A stretch of DNA of 28,214 bases from NCBI RefSeq assembly GCF_006345805.1, contig NW_021833559.1, positions 1 to 28,214 on the forward strand, read 5' to 3'. The position numbers and the translations under genes were made by a program. This DNA is from Octopus sinensis (taxonomy: Eukaryota). Below are positions 1-10,308 of the stretch, in pieces. The stretch's first letter is position 1. Every line of letters begins with the position of its first letter. Under the pieces are notes generated by a model, which saw nothing but the letters and a program-made list of their open reading frames with translations, was not told the origin of the DNA and searched no databases.

Positions 1-16
1 ATATGTATATATATGA

Positions 17-160
17 AGGCACGTGGTTTCGTCATCAAGGTATTAGTTTCACAATCTTCAGGGGGTGAAGTTGTTACCCGGTGCTGCATTTTGTCCTTGA
101 GCAAGACACTTTATTTCACGTTGCTCCAGTTCACCCAGCTGGCAAACATGGGTTTTGTGT
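17..160 (+). mobile_element. Degenerate tRNA-derived SINE with a CORE/Meta-like central domain
   Basis: A decayed tRNA-like head (gaaggcacgtgg...) is followed by GTCCTTGAGCAAGACACTTTATTTCACGTTGCTCCAGTTCACCCAGCTGG. This resembles the conserved central domain of invertebrate CORE/Meta-type SINEs; the superfamily is not resolved. Confidence 0.6.
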
Positions 161-256
161 AACGCTAAATCACCCTGATAAAACATTGAGAACATGCGAC
201 TAGCAGATTAATCTCGTGAGCAGGCTGTTCAATTGATTGGATGAACTAATCGTTGT

Positions 257-453
257 AACCGTTATTATTATTATTTATTATTATTATTATTATTATTACT
301 CCTCCCATGTATATATAATATGGTTCACTCACACTCAAACACACACATACACACACATTCACACACACATATGTATATATATATATTTATATACACATAT
401 ATGTATATATGTATATACATACACATATATGTATAAATATGTATATGAAGGTA

Positions 454-503
<50 letters not shown>

Positions 504-506
504 ATA
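257..506. repeat. Compound microsatellite (TAT)n/(CA)n/(TA)n
   Basis: Directly visible simple repeats. Confidence 0.9.
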
Positions 507-699
507 GTACCGTTGGCGATTTTTTTTTCCTCTGTCTTCCCTTCTCTGGTTCTTTCCTTCTCCTATGTTTCCGACGAAGAGCTCCGCTCGAAACTTTAAA
601 CCCTCCTTCATTCCTTCTTTCCTGAGCGTCCAATAATACTATATTTGTTCCACGTCCTCGCGTTGTTGTGTTTTTTTGTGCTTTCTTGTTTGGATTAAC
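507..699 (+). mobile_element. Penelope-like element terminal repeat (solo pseudo-LTR) inserted in (TA)n
   Basis: Pyrimidine tract, then ccgacgaagagctccgctcgaaac (hammerhead-like core typical of PLE termini), then a T-rich end. Flanked by (TA)n on both sides, with the same architecture as 26036-26235. Confidence 0.6.
567..601 (+). ncRNA. Minimal type-I hammerhead-ribozyme-like motif (degenerate)
   Basis: GTTT-CCGACGA-A-GAGC(TCC)GCTC-GAAAC-TTT-AAAC. Stem I is GTTT/AAAC and stem II is GAGC/GCTC. The core is CCGACGA versus canonical CUGANGA, and the expected GAAACGU reads GAAACUU. Confidence 0.45.
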
Positions 700-1071
700 T
701 ATATATATATACATATGTGTTTAACCATATATATATATATCAACACGCGCGCGTGCACACACATACATATACATATACGCACTTACATATATCTATATAT
801 ATGTGTGTGTGTGTTTGTGTGTGTGCTTACACACTTGTGCCAAAACAGAAATGCTGAAGTAAATAAACATATTTTCATGAATATCTTATTCTTTTATTCT
901 GTATATCTTCTGATACAGCACATTTCATCACAAAATATGTTATTTGATACAAAACAGAAGGTATGTGCTTTTTTTTCTATTCTTTTCAATAAATATATGC
1001 TAACAGCATACCTTGTTGATAAAATTCCAGATATTCCTCGTGATGAAAACTGCAACACATGTACACTTCAT

Positions 1072-1133
<62 letters not shown>
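1072..1133. repeat. (CT)n microsatellite
   Basis: About 30 CT units with one interruption. Confidence 0.95.
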
Positions 1134-1136
<3 letters not shown>

Positions 1137-1164
1137 CATCCCCTTTCGGCCTCAGTACATCTTA

Positions 1165-1680
1165 CTCTATGATGTGTGTACATGTCTATGCATATATATA
1201 TATATATATCTTTATAAGTTATATATATATATATACTTTAATATACATATATATATATAATATATATTATATATATATATATATAAAATATATATATATC
1301 ATATATATACATACATGCATACATATATATACATACATATATATGCATCTATATACAATACACACATATATATATATACATATACACATAACATATATAT
1401 ATACACACACATACATATATATATATATATACATACATATATGTACATGTATATACTTAATTGTCATATATGTGCGTATATATACTTAATGGTCATGTAG
1501 ACACACGTATGTAAATGGGTGTATGTATATGTGTACGTGTATATATATATAATAAACATATGTATATATATACTACATATACACACACATATACATATAC
1601 ATATAACATATATATATATAATATATATATATATTAGATATATATATATATATATTATATATAATATATATGTATAATAT
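1165..1680. repeat. Degenerate (TA)n/(CA)n low-complexity tract
   Basis: Directly visible. Confidence 0.9.
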
Positions 1681-2054
1681 TTTTATACAGTGCTTTAGTC
1701 ACTGATCGAATATATGTCCATATGTGTATATGAAGTACAGAGATGTACCTATTGATCTCTCTCTATTACCAAGTAACTCTGTGTAATAGTGCAATTTCAG
1801 AGAAAGCTCACTGATATTTGTGTTAACAGTATAATTAATAATAAAGAAATAGATAAATTTATTAATTGCGTGGAGAAATTAATAACTATATTAGTACTGC
1901 AAAATTTTATTCATAATTGAATAGAATAGTTAATTAGTAATTGAACAATTACTTGATTTATTTATTCTAAGATTAATTAAAGAATTAATGGGGATTAATG
2001 GGAGTACTGAATATAGAAATTATTAACTAAATAATAAAGATATAAATTATTGAT

Positions 2055-2190
2055 TTTAAATATTGGCACAAGTCCCCACGACTTTCGAGATAGAAGTATA
2101 ATGAATTATATCCACCCCAGAATATATTTTATAGGCCGCGAATCATGAAAGTCAAAATTCTCCTCCGGTAGAATTTGAACTCATAACTGG
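2055..2190 (-). mobile_element. Decayed copy of the SINE family seen at 6861-7066
   Basis: Shares ttggcacaag..., ccccag, atgaaag..aaa and gaatttgaactca in the same order as the 6861-7066 copy. Confidence 0.45.
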
Positions 2191-2245
2191 GGAGTGACAT
2201 TAAATATTAAAAATCTATAGATAAATTAAACAATGCATTTGTATA

Positions 2246-2620
2246 GGCGCAGGCGTGGCTATGTGGTAAGAAGTTTGCTTCTGAGTTCAGTCCTACTGCA
2301 TGGCACCTTGGGCAAATTTTCTCTATTGTAAGGCCCGGGCCAATCAAAGCATGTGAGTGATTCTGGTCGAGAGAAACTGAAAGAAGCTCGTTATATATAT
2401 ACAAGTGTATGTCTTTACGTTTGTTCCCCACTACCGCTTGAGAACTGGTGTAGTTTGTTTACGCCCCTGTAACATAGCGGTTCGGCAATAGAGCGACCGA
2501 TCGAATAAGTACCAGGCTTTAAAATTAAGTGCTCGAGTCGATTCATTCGACTAAAACCCTCCAAGACGGTACTACAACATGGTCGCAGTCTAATGACTGA
2601 AACAATTAAAAAAACGAAAG
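2246..2620 (+). mobile_element. Octopus-type tRNA-headed SINE, near full length
   Basis: Head ggcgcaggcgtggctatgtggtaagaag...ggcaccttgggcaa...gaaactgaaagaagc, a short TA/TG spacer, and a tail ...gcggttcggcaa...gaataagtacc...catggtcgcagtctaatgactgaaacaa. Several matching copies occur in the window. Confidence 0.85.
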
Positions 2621-2899
2621 TATATTTTGATATCAGATAAATTCCTTCGCTTTTCTTTTTCCATTAATTTTAATCATTTCAGTGTTATTTGAATTATCGA
2701 GAAAACTTTTTTATCGTAGTGTTTTATGATTTTTGCAGTTCTGTTATTTCACTACAAATTTTACTAATCGTTTTTGAAATTTTAATAGATTGTATCCTTT
2801 TCAGACATATGACGATGGAGTGCCAAGTAGAAAAAAAAATGAATGAAATTATTCAGCAATTCAGTATATGTTTACAGGATATGTAGTAACTAGAGGATT

Positions 2900-3700
2900 A
2901 GATAAATGGGAATTAGTACTTTCCTGTATTGCACGTATAATGTTTGTGGTTATTCTTTATCTTTTGATTTCCAAATGTATTTGGACAATGTGATATTTTC
3001 CAAGTGTTGGCGCAGCTTTTTGAGTGGATGTTTTGTGAGAAAAATACTGACTTTATAGAATTATCCACCCTCACTATTCTTTAACTAATGCATCTCTGTA
3101 AGCAATATTCACACTCTTCTTTCCTAAATACTTGTGTATTTAACAAAGGGGCTGAGATTTGGCTCAGTGTCTAAGTGTCTACCTCAATACTTATTGCTAT
3201 AATAGAATCAATAATTATTTCTTTATCCCAAGTCAGGGGGCATATTTTCTCAGAAAAGTTAAAATGTGTTGTTGTGACATTGATGCATTTGCCAACTTTA
3301 GGCGATCAAATAGATTCCAGTGCTTATCTGAATTCGGTACTGATCCTATTTGATAATAAAGTCGTTAGAATCATTTATTGGTTTCAGAAGCTGCACTGCT
3401 CTCGCATGGCCGCAATTCACTTTTGTTACTAGTGAATGAGTAAAAAAGTATATCTAATTCCATTGATTTGCCTAGATATTTAAACCATATTGGTTCAAAT
3501 GCAGGATATATGTAATCGATGAAACTAAGATCAATGGTAACAGTGTACCGAGAATATGTTTTACAGCCATCAAATTATGCTTGATAGAACCGGCTTTCAT
3601 TCTCAATGCTTGCATTGGGGGTGAAGTAGTCAGTCCTTATTACTGAGAAGAGAACAAATGTACAGGTCTGTGGTTACAGTTCGGTAAATTATTTACTTAA
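2900..3700 (-). mobile_element. Possible ancient PLE C-terminal remnant (thumb/GIY-YIG region)
   Basis: Scattered minus-strand peptides MQALRMK (about 3610), YCLQRCIS (about 3100) and ENITLSKYIWKSKDKE (about 2960-3000) occur in the order expected for PLE QALR / CL..CI / TxLSKYIWxLK motifs, with many stops between them. Confidence 0.25.
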
Positions 3701-5193
3701 AATCTCCTGCTGTATCAGTGCCCGCTATATTACATCAGCACTCTACTAGTCCTTCGAGTGTTTCCTATCTAAACATTATTATGAAGAAGATACCATCTCA
3801 GAACAATATAGATTCTTGTGAGCAATGAAGTCAAAAAGGTAATGCTATATTTTGCCAGTTACTGTGACATCATATTGCCTATAGAGAAATGTGAGGAATG
3901 ATTTACTTTCAGCAATTGCTTACATTGGTGGAAAGTCACAAACCTCTATGTTTAAGCCCAGAGAGAAATTTATTTGTTTCATCTGAAAGATTGTGTTAGA
4001 TGTCTAGGCATTTTCTCAGTGTTTATATTGTTCGCATTGCTTAACATTTATTTAGCGGAGAAGCATTATATAAAATCAAAAGCTGCAAGCAAGTACAACA
4101 AACTTCAGATTTACGAATCTGTCCTGTACAGTTCCTTCACATGATTGCGTGAGAGTGAAAATATTGTTTGACATAAAATTATTGAACCTTCGTTTTAAAA
4201 TACGAGGTTTACTGCGTGTTTTTACCCCCACCCTACCCCACTTCTACACATTATTTCTTTGAATCGACTTTTTCATTTGTCCCTACGCTATTGTTATGAT
4301 ATTGATTCTAGATCAAATGCTCATATATATTCCTGAGCTGAAAACCGGAAGGCGTCAAATTTATCATTTTACAATTTCTTAGTATCAGTCAAAAGTATAA
4401 TAGCGACAAATATAACATAATGTGTAAAGAATTTTCAAATATTGAAAAATTTCCTGAAGCTTTGAATATTCTATGCCGTTTCATATTGAAGATGAGACAT
4501 AGTGATAATGATAACCAAAAAATACAAAAATAAACTTCCTAAAGCGAATTTAATTTGAATTTTATTCGACATGTCTCTTCATTGATTTATGAATTCTAGT
4601 ATACAAGCACAAATGATATAAACCTGGATACCTTACTGCAATTTAGGCTTGTATCGCAATCTACTGTATTGAAGTTCTGATACGTATAAAGTAAGTATCA
4701 TTTATATATTGTTTATCTGTCCTCCCGATGATATCCTCTATCCATACAGTAAACAGCATGTACCAAAACAACGAATCGTTAAATTGTAGTCTCTTTTCTT
4801 TTTCCAGTAATCAGATCAGTCCGTGTTTATTTTATACTTGAAAGGTAGATCGTTTCGTTTAACGACTGTTAATTATATATGTAATCTCTCATTCATACAT
4901 TCATTTATTTACGTTCTTATTTGGTGGTATGTCGACAACGTTGCGATAAGTTCAAACATTTGCTTTAGTGTGTGAATTACGTCATGCAAATACAGCAATT
5001 TATGCGATGCAAATATTTTGAATTAATTGATGCAAATTTCATGTATATAAATGTACTGGCATGATCTTAGATCATCGTTATTGTATTCAGTCTCGCTCTC
5101 ATATTTTTCAGATAAATTTTGGTAATGGTAACATCATGTTTCACACGGATGTTCCATGAAGTCCTTTCCTATGTAGACCATATACATACTTTC

Positions 5194-5205
5194 ATATATA
5201 TATAT

Positions 5206-5263
<58 letters not shown>
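5194..5263. repeat. (TA)n microsatellite
   Basis: Directly visible. Confidence 0.95.
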
Positions 5264-5264
<1 letters not shown>

Positions 5265-5451
5265 ATCAAAATAAGCAACAAGGATATCCATATACTGCAT
5301 TACCTCTGGATATCCTTGTTGCTTATTATGATTATAATCACTCCATTTTGAATTATATGGATAATACCATGCCAAAAAATTAACTAACTAAATTCTGGTG
5401 CCTTTAACTTAAGTACCGTATGCAACTGAATCTAAATTTTTACTGAACTTA

Positions 5452-5466
5452 TATATATCTATATCA

Positions 5467-5533
<67 letters not shown>

Positions 5534-5542
5534 CATCTATCC

Positions 5543-5600
<58 letters not shown>

Positions 5601-5642
5601 ATTTATATCTATATATCTATATATATATATATATATATATAT
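5452..5642. repeat. (ATCT)n tetranucleotide plus (TA)n microsatellite
   Basis: Long ATCT array with ATCC variants. Confidence 0.95.
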
Positions 5643-5890
5643 ACTAGCAGCTAAGCCCAGTTTCACCCGGCCAGTTTGGATGATGTGGATGTAAAACCTG
5701 CTCTGTTTAAGCATTCGACTTGTTTGAGCACGCTTACGTTAAAAAACAATTTTAGAATGACTTTTTTCTGTCAAAGTGCTAAAAATAACTGACCAACAAA
5801 AAAAAATACAACCAAGATTCAACCAAATGAAAATATAAGCCCAAATACTAAGCGAACAGAGACGAACCATGCTACTTCCATTGTGCATGC

Positions 5891-5935
<45 letters not shown>

Positions 5936-6156
5936 CACACACACACACACACACATACACGCACACGCACACATTCACATACCCCCCTTTTACATACACA
6001 CATATATTCGCTCAGAGTTGAAACGCTGTTTGATTTATTTTTATAGCATACAATTTTCATCATCCCACTACCAAGTATGACATCACCCCTTCCTTCTTTA
6101 TTCATCTATCACCCTTCTTTTCTCATTCATAAGCACAAGAGTATTATTATTGTGGA
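5643..6156 (+). mobile_element. Helitron/HINE-like non-autonomous element (3' end uncertain)
   Basis: Begins tactagcagctaagcccagtttcacccgg after a T/A-rich site, contains an internal (CA)n, and has a putative end tattattgtggat. The terminal motif is shared with 8653 and 20802. Confidence 0.4.
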
Positions 6157-6372
6157 TTTTCTTGGTAACCATGGGAGCTATGAAAAAATACAAAGCCCAG
6201 CATCACCACTGGATCATTCTACACATCCGTGCAATTTGTCGCGCAATTCCATCCCAAGACAAGAAAGAATCGCCTATGTCAAATTTATATGTATACAAAT
6301 ATAGAAAGACATCCATAAATCCATACGCCTTCATAGTTATACACAAGCACACACACACATTCGCACAAACAA

Positions 6373-6409
<37 letters not shown>

Positions 6410-6599
6410 ATCGTTATAAACTTTGTCTGCAAAATTAAGTGTCAAATATTATTTGTAAATTTAGTTGGGTATATGATAGAATTCATATTTAAAGAGCATT
6501 GAGGAACTTAATGCATGGATTTTATTGTCGTCGACCACAAATTATCGTTATTAATGTGTGCTGTGTGTGCGTGCATCTTCCATCACATTGTGTTTCTAG

Positions 6600-6665
6600 T
6601 AATCAAATGTACACGGAAGTCTCCGAATACGCGCCACCTTCGTCAGCAATTCTGCAGAATGTTTC
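6600..6665 (+). CDS. Candidate isolated internal exon (66 nt, symmetric)
   Basis: tgtttctag|TAATC...GTTTC|gtatgt. A locally GC-richer island with open frame NQMYTEVSEYAPPSSAILQNV (alternative frame IKCTRKSPNTRHLRQQFCRMF). No homology recognised. Confidence 0.25.
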
Positions 6666-6860
6666 GTATGTGTGACAGACTGTTCAAATACGCCGCAACG
6701 TAGAAAACTACATCGAACAAAAATGGTCGAAATGTGAAGAACAGGATTATTTGCCATTTGCTATGCAAAAGAATTATCCTCGAGTACTTAAATGGCCGGA
6801 ATAAACAGCAATCCGAATTAAAATAAACTCATGGAAATGAGTTGTTATAGTAATTATATT

Positions 6861-7066
6861 AGTTTCAAATTTTGGCGCAAGGCCAGCAATTCCGAGGAAG
6901 GAGTACATCGATTACATTTACCCCAGTGCTCAACTGGTACTTATTCGCTGACCCCAGAAGGATGAAAGGTAAAGTCACCTTCGGCGGAATTTGGACTCAT
7001 AAGGACGGGTGAAATGCCACTAAGCATTTCTTCCAGTGCGGTAACGATTCTGCGAGTTCACTGCCT
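6861..7066 (-). mobile_element. tRNA-derived SINE (Deu/Nin-like domain) with a 19-bp target-site duplication
   Basis: The minus strand contains actttacctttcatccttctggggtcagcgaataagtaccagttgagcactgggg, a Nin/Deu-like domain. A perfect direct repeat TTGTTATAGTAATTATATT lies at 6842-6860 and 7067-7085. Confidence 0.85.
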
Positions 7067-7435
7067 TTGTTATAGTAATTATATTGATAACTATTTTGTT
7101 GTTATACCGAAAACCTTTCTTTGTGCAAGCGATCACCGATAGAAATCAATAAAATTAGAAATAAATAAATATCACATAGATTGCAGTTATAAACTAACAC
7201 TGCTTCTGACTGGTGTTATTTATATTCCTTATGCTCTTTATCTCAGTGGTTGAACAGTTCGACAAATTGGTGGAGATGGTGTAAGAAACAGGAAAGTATA
7301 GATAAAGTAAGAGGCTAAGAGGCAAAAGTTCTGAAGTCAAAATGATCGACAACACTTATGACGGTGGTCACTAGTATGGTCGCAGTCCAATGTATGAAAT
7401 CAATAAAGAAAGCTACAGTGAAACTTTTTTCTTAG

Positions 7436-7639
7436 TTAGCCAAATGCTGGGTAAACTTTAATTGTGTGCTGTCTGTTCCGTTGAAGAAAAGAGAGATAAA
7501 AACTCTTTTGGATGATGAAGATGAGGTGGAGGAGGAGGAGGATGAAGAGCAGGGAGAAAAACAGAAGACATGCAAAAATGTATCCATGGTGATGAGAAGA
7601 GAGATTGCAATGGCAGCTCTAATTACAGATAAAGAATGA
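7436..7639 (+). other. Open reading stretch encoding an acidic tract; possible terminal exon or GAR-triplet repeat
   Basis: After tttttcttag the frame reads LAKCWVNFNCVLSVPLKKREIKTLLDDEDEVEEEEDEEQGEKQKTCKNVSMVMRREIAMAALITDKE*. No homology recognised. Confidence 0.2.
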
Positions 7640-7861
7640 ACAACAGTAATAAATGCAAAGATATGTAACATTAAGCAGCGAAAGATGACTATAGTCTGTT
7701 GCTAATACATTTACATACACATATGTACATTATATATTCATTTTAATAAACATATCCACATACACACGTACACATCACATTCGTTTCACTTACATAAGGC
7801 ACAGTCTCCTATGCATATATATTGGTGGTCTATCTTTTCCTTCAATATAGCAAGTATATAT

Positions 7862-8653
7862 ATCTACTACATATGTGGAAAACCAGTGTGTGCTTGTTTG
7901 TGGCGTTGTTAGCTAACTCATCCTACATTGTTTTATTGATTTTGATTAAACTTGACACGTGAGTAGAACTCATGTCTGGAAACCTCGTGACATACCTAGA
8001 TTGTTGAAAAAATCGATAATACGGCCCGTGGAAGAGAACTTTATATCTACCTCATACAACTAATGTTTTTTTAAACACCCAAGGGAAATAACCTACAGCA
8101 CCTGTCCAATATTTTTTTAACATTCAAGGGAAATTACCCATTTCATTGTTTATGTTCGATTACTTTAAATATTGATTTTTGTGTGTGTCTTATTTCGAAT
8201 TTTTGCACACAATATAACTTCTTTACTTTATTTGACACGTGAGTAGAACTCAGGTCTGGAAACCTCGTTACATACTTAGATTGTTGAAAAAATCGATAAT
8301 AGGGCCCTTCCAGTGGATCCTTCTATCTACTACATATTACTAATATTTCATTTAAACAACACAAGGGAAAAAACCCATATCACCTGCAGATTTTAGCGAA
8401 GCGATCAATATTTGATTCTCAAGATCAGCCGACCTAATTCTGCATTTCCCTACTCACAGTTTTGAACTGCTAAACATTATTATTGCACTTCCTTAATTTG
8501 AATCTTAAGCATTAAACAGTTTTTGTCCTTTTTCGTGACAGAAAATATACCTTTGGTGGCAGTTATAACGAAATTGCTTTCTTATATCAGAGTAATAAGG
8601 CGTTTCAATAGAACATCTTTACTCCCGGGAATTACCGGGTACACCAGCTAGTA
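7862..8653 (-). mobile_element. Helitron/HINE-like non-autonomous element containing a 280-bp tandem duplication
   Basis: Minus-strand 5' end tactagctggtgtacccggtaattcccggg at 8653-8623 and a putative 3' end ...gtagtagat at about 7862. The left boundary is uncertain. Confidence 0.45.
7952..8395. repeat. Tandem duplication, period 280 bp
   Basis: ttgacacgtgagtagaactca(t/g)gtctggaaacctcgt...ttgttgaaaaaatcgataata occurs at 7952 and 8232, and similarity continues through caagggaaa. Confidence 0.9.
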
Positions 8654-9256
8654 TATATGTGTGTGTGTGTCTGTGATATATGAAAAGAGTATATATATAT
8701 ATATATATATATACACATACACACATATACGTGTGTGTGCATACTCATGTATACACAGACATACATTAATATCTGTATGACATGCATTTACAATGTATTT
8801 CTCATAACTGATGTTTATAGTAGTTATTAAATAGCAGCATTTATACTTAACTCTATTCTTAATGTTTAAGCACTAGTAAGTATAAATTTTAAAGATTTAC
8901 TGGCTTTATAGATTACATTCAATTGATTCGTGTAATATCTTGGTTTCTTATGATTACTATGTTGGTAAATTATTCTCGGTAATTAAAGGCATGAATGAGC
9001 TGGTGTACCTATGTTCAAATAGTTAGATGTTCTTCGTATTTACTTCCGTAAACGAGATTGCGTGGAAGTATGTATTCTTTTGAATCATAAAATATCAAAT
9101 AACGGACATATAACGCGTTTCGTGTCATGTTGTAGCGCATCGAGGAATTTTTGTTGATTTTTATTAACCTCAGTACTTGGTCAGGTACTTGTTTTATAAA
9201 CTTTCAAAAACAAAAAAAAAAGTAAATGAAAAGTTGCTCCGGGCAAGAGTTTTCTG

Positions 9257-9326
9257 TCAAAGCACTTTTCGACGCTGAACTGGTGTTCTAAGCCATCCAG
9301 TTTCTGCTAGTGTACAGTATTTGTAC
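9257..9326 (-). CDS. Candidate terminal coding exon of an unidentified minus-strand gene
   Basis: Acceptor ctaaacattacaactttacag|G; frame YKYCTLAETGWLRTPVQRRKVL* (TGA at 9259-9257); AATAAA downstream at 9165-9160; phase-compatible with the 15317-15358 exon. Confidence 0.33.
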
Positions 9327-9395
9327 CTGTAAAGTTGTAATGTTTAGGCGTTTTCCAAGCGTTTCAGTGCTGTTAGTTACGGAATGGGAAAGCCA

Positions 9396-9461
9396 TTCAG
9401 CTCCTTTGGGGCTCATCTCACATACACCGTACTATGTAAGATGAACCCCAAAGGAGCTGAA
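9396..9461 (-). ncRNA. 29-bp hairpin with 8-nt loop (pre-miRNA/hpRNA or editing-substrate candidate)
   Basis: Arms 9396-9424 and 9433-9461 are reverse complements at 27 of 29 positions. Both differences are G-U wobbles on the minus strand and A-C mismatches on the plus strand. Confidence 0.3.
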
Positions 9462-10247
9462 AAGAAGTTAAGAACACTGACAAAAATTATCAAGTAACGA
9501 CAAAGCCAGCATTTTGTTCAGCACAGTCTCAATTCTTTCACTTCATCGTCCTGGCTTTGTTAAGAAAAATTATAACATTCATGTTATAAGAACAGGCTAT
9601 CACCACTAGATGTGTTGAAAAGATTATTTACAATAACCGCAATATAGACGGTAAATGCCATGTGGGCTGTTTATTTTCTGAAATAACACACCGTATTCTA
9701 TGATGATTTTCTACAGTAGATCCAGCAAAATATATTTAGAAAAACCGGGAAGTCAACACTACTAGATATTTTGCAACATGCTACGATGAGTAGTTTCAAT
9801 GCGAATAACAAAAATACACAACCCATGTAATATTATTGTTAAAGGTGTGAAATTGTAAGGATCTTTTGGACGATAACTGACGAGGAATGAACAACGTCCC
9901 GTCATGTGTGTGACTTTTTCTGTTTGAGTCTTTGTTGGGTTACTGTTTAAATTTCGGAATTTATATATCAATATATATAAAGTTTGCCTATAGGTGACAG
10001 TTCTATATATATATAAACTGTCACACAAGTGGTTTCCCGTTATTTGTGTGCATGCATATGTATGTGTGTATGCGCGCGCGAGTATGTGCATGTGTGTGTG
10101 TGTGTGTGCGTGTGTTTCTAGCGCTCATATTTCTCTTACCAAAAACTAGCATCTCGCAGAATTAGCTAATGTAGTTGAATAAAATAGAGGATGATCACAG
10201 CTGATAGACCAATGATTGTAAAGGTACTCAATCATGGTTGAGATATA

Positions 10248-10308
10248 CACCACCACCACCACCACTACCACCACTACCACCAAAAACAACAACAACAACA
10301 ACAACAAC
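10248..10308. repeat. (CAC/TAC)n-(CAA)n trinucleotide repeat
   Basis: Directly visible. Confidence 0.9.

Noticed and set aside
7432-7671. Minus-strand 79-aa ORF with a hydrophobic N-terminus and poly-Ser
   Set aside because: It is the antisense of the GAR-rich tract, has no supporting splice context or homology, and is explained by low complexity.
9500-9560. 10-bp inverted repeat acaaagccag/ctggctttgt next to the large hairpin
   Set aside because: The stem is short with a 41-nt unpaired loop and is plausible by chance.
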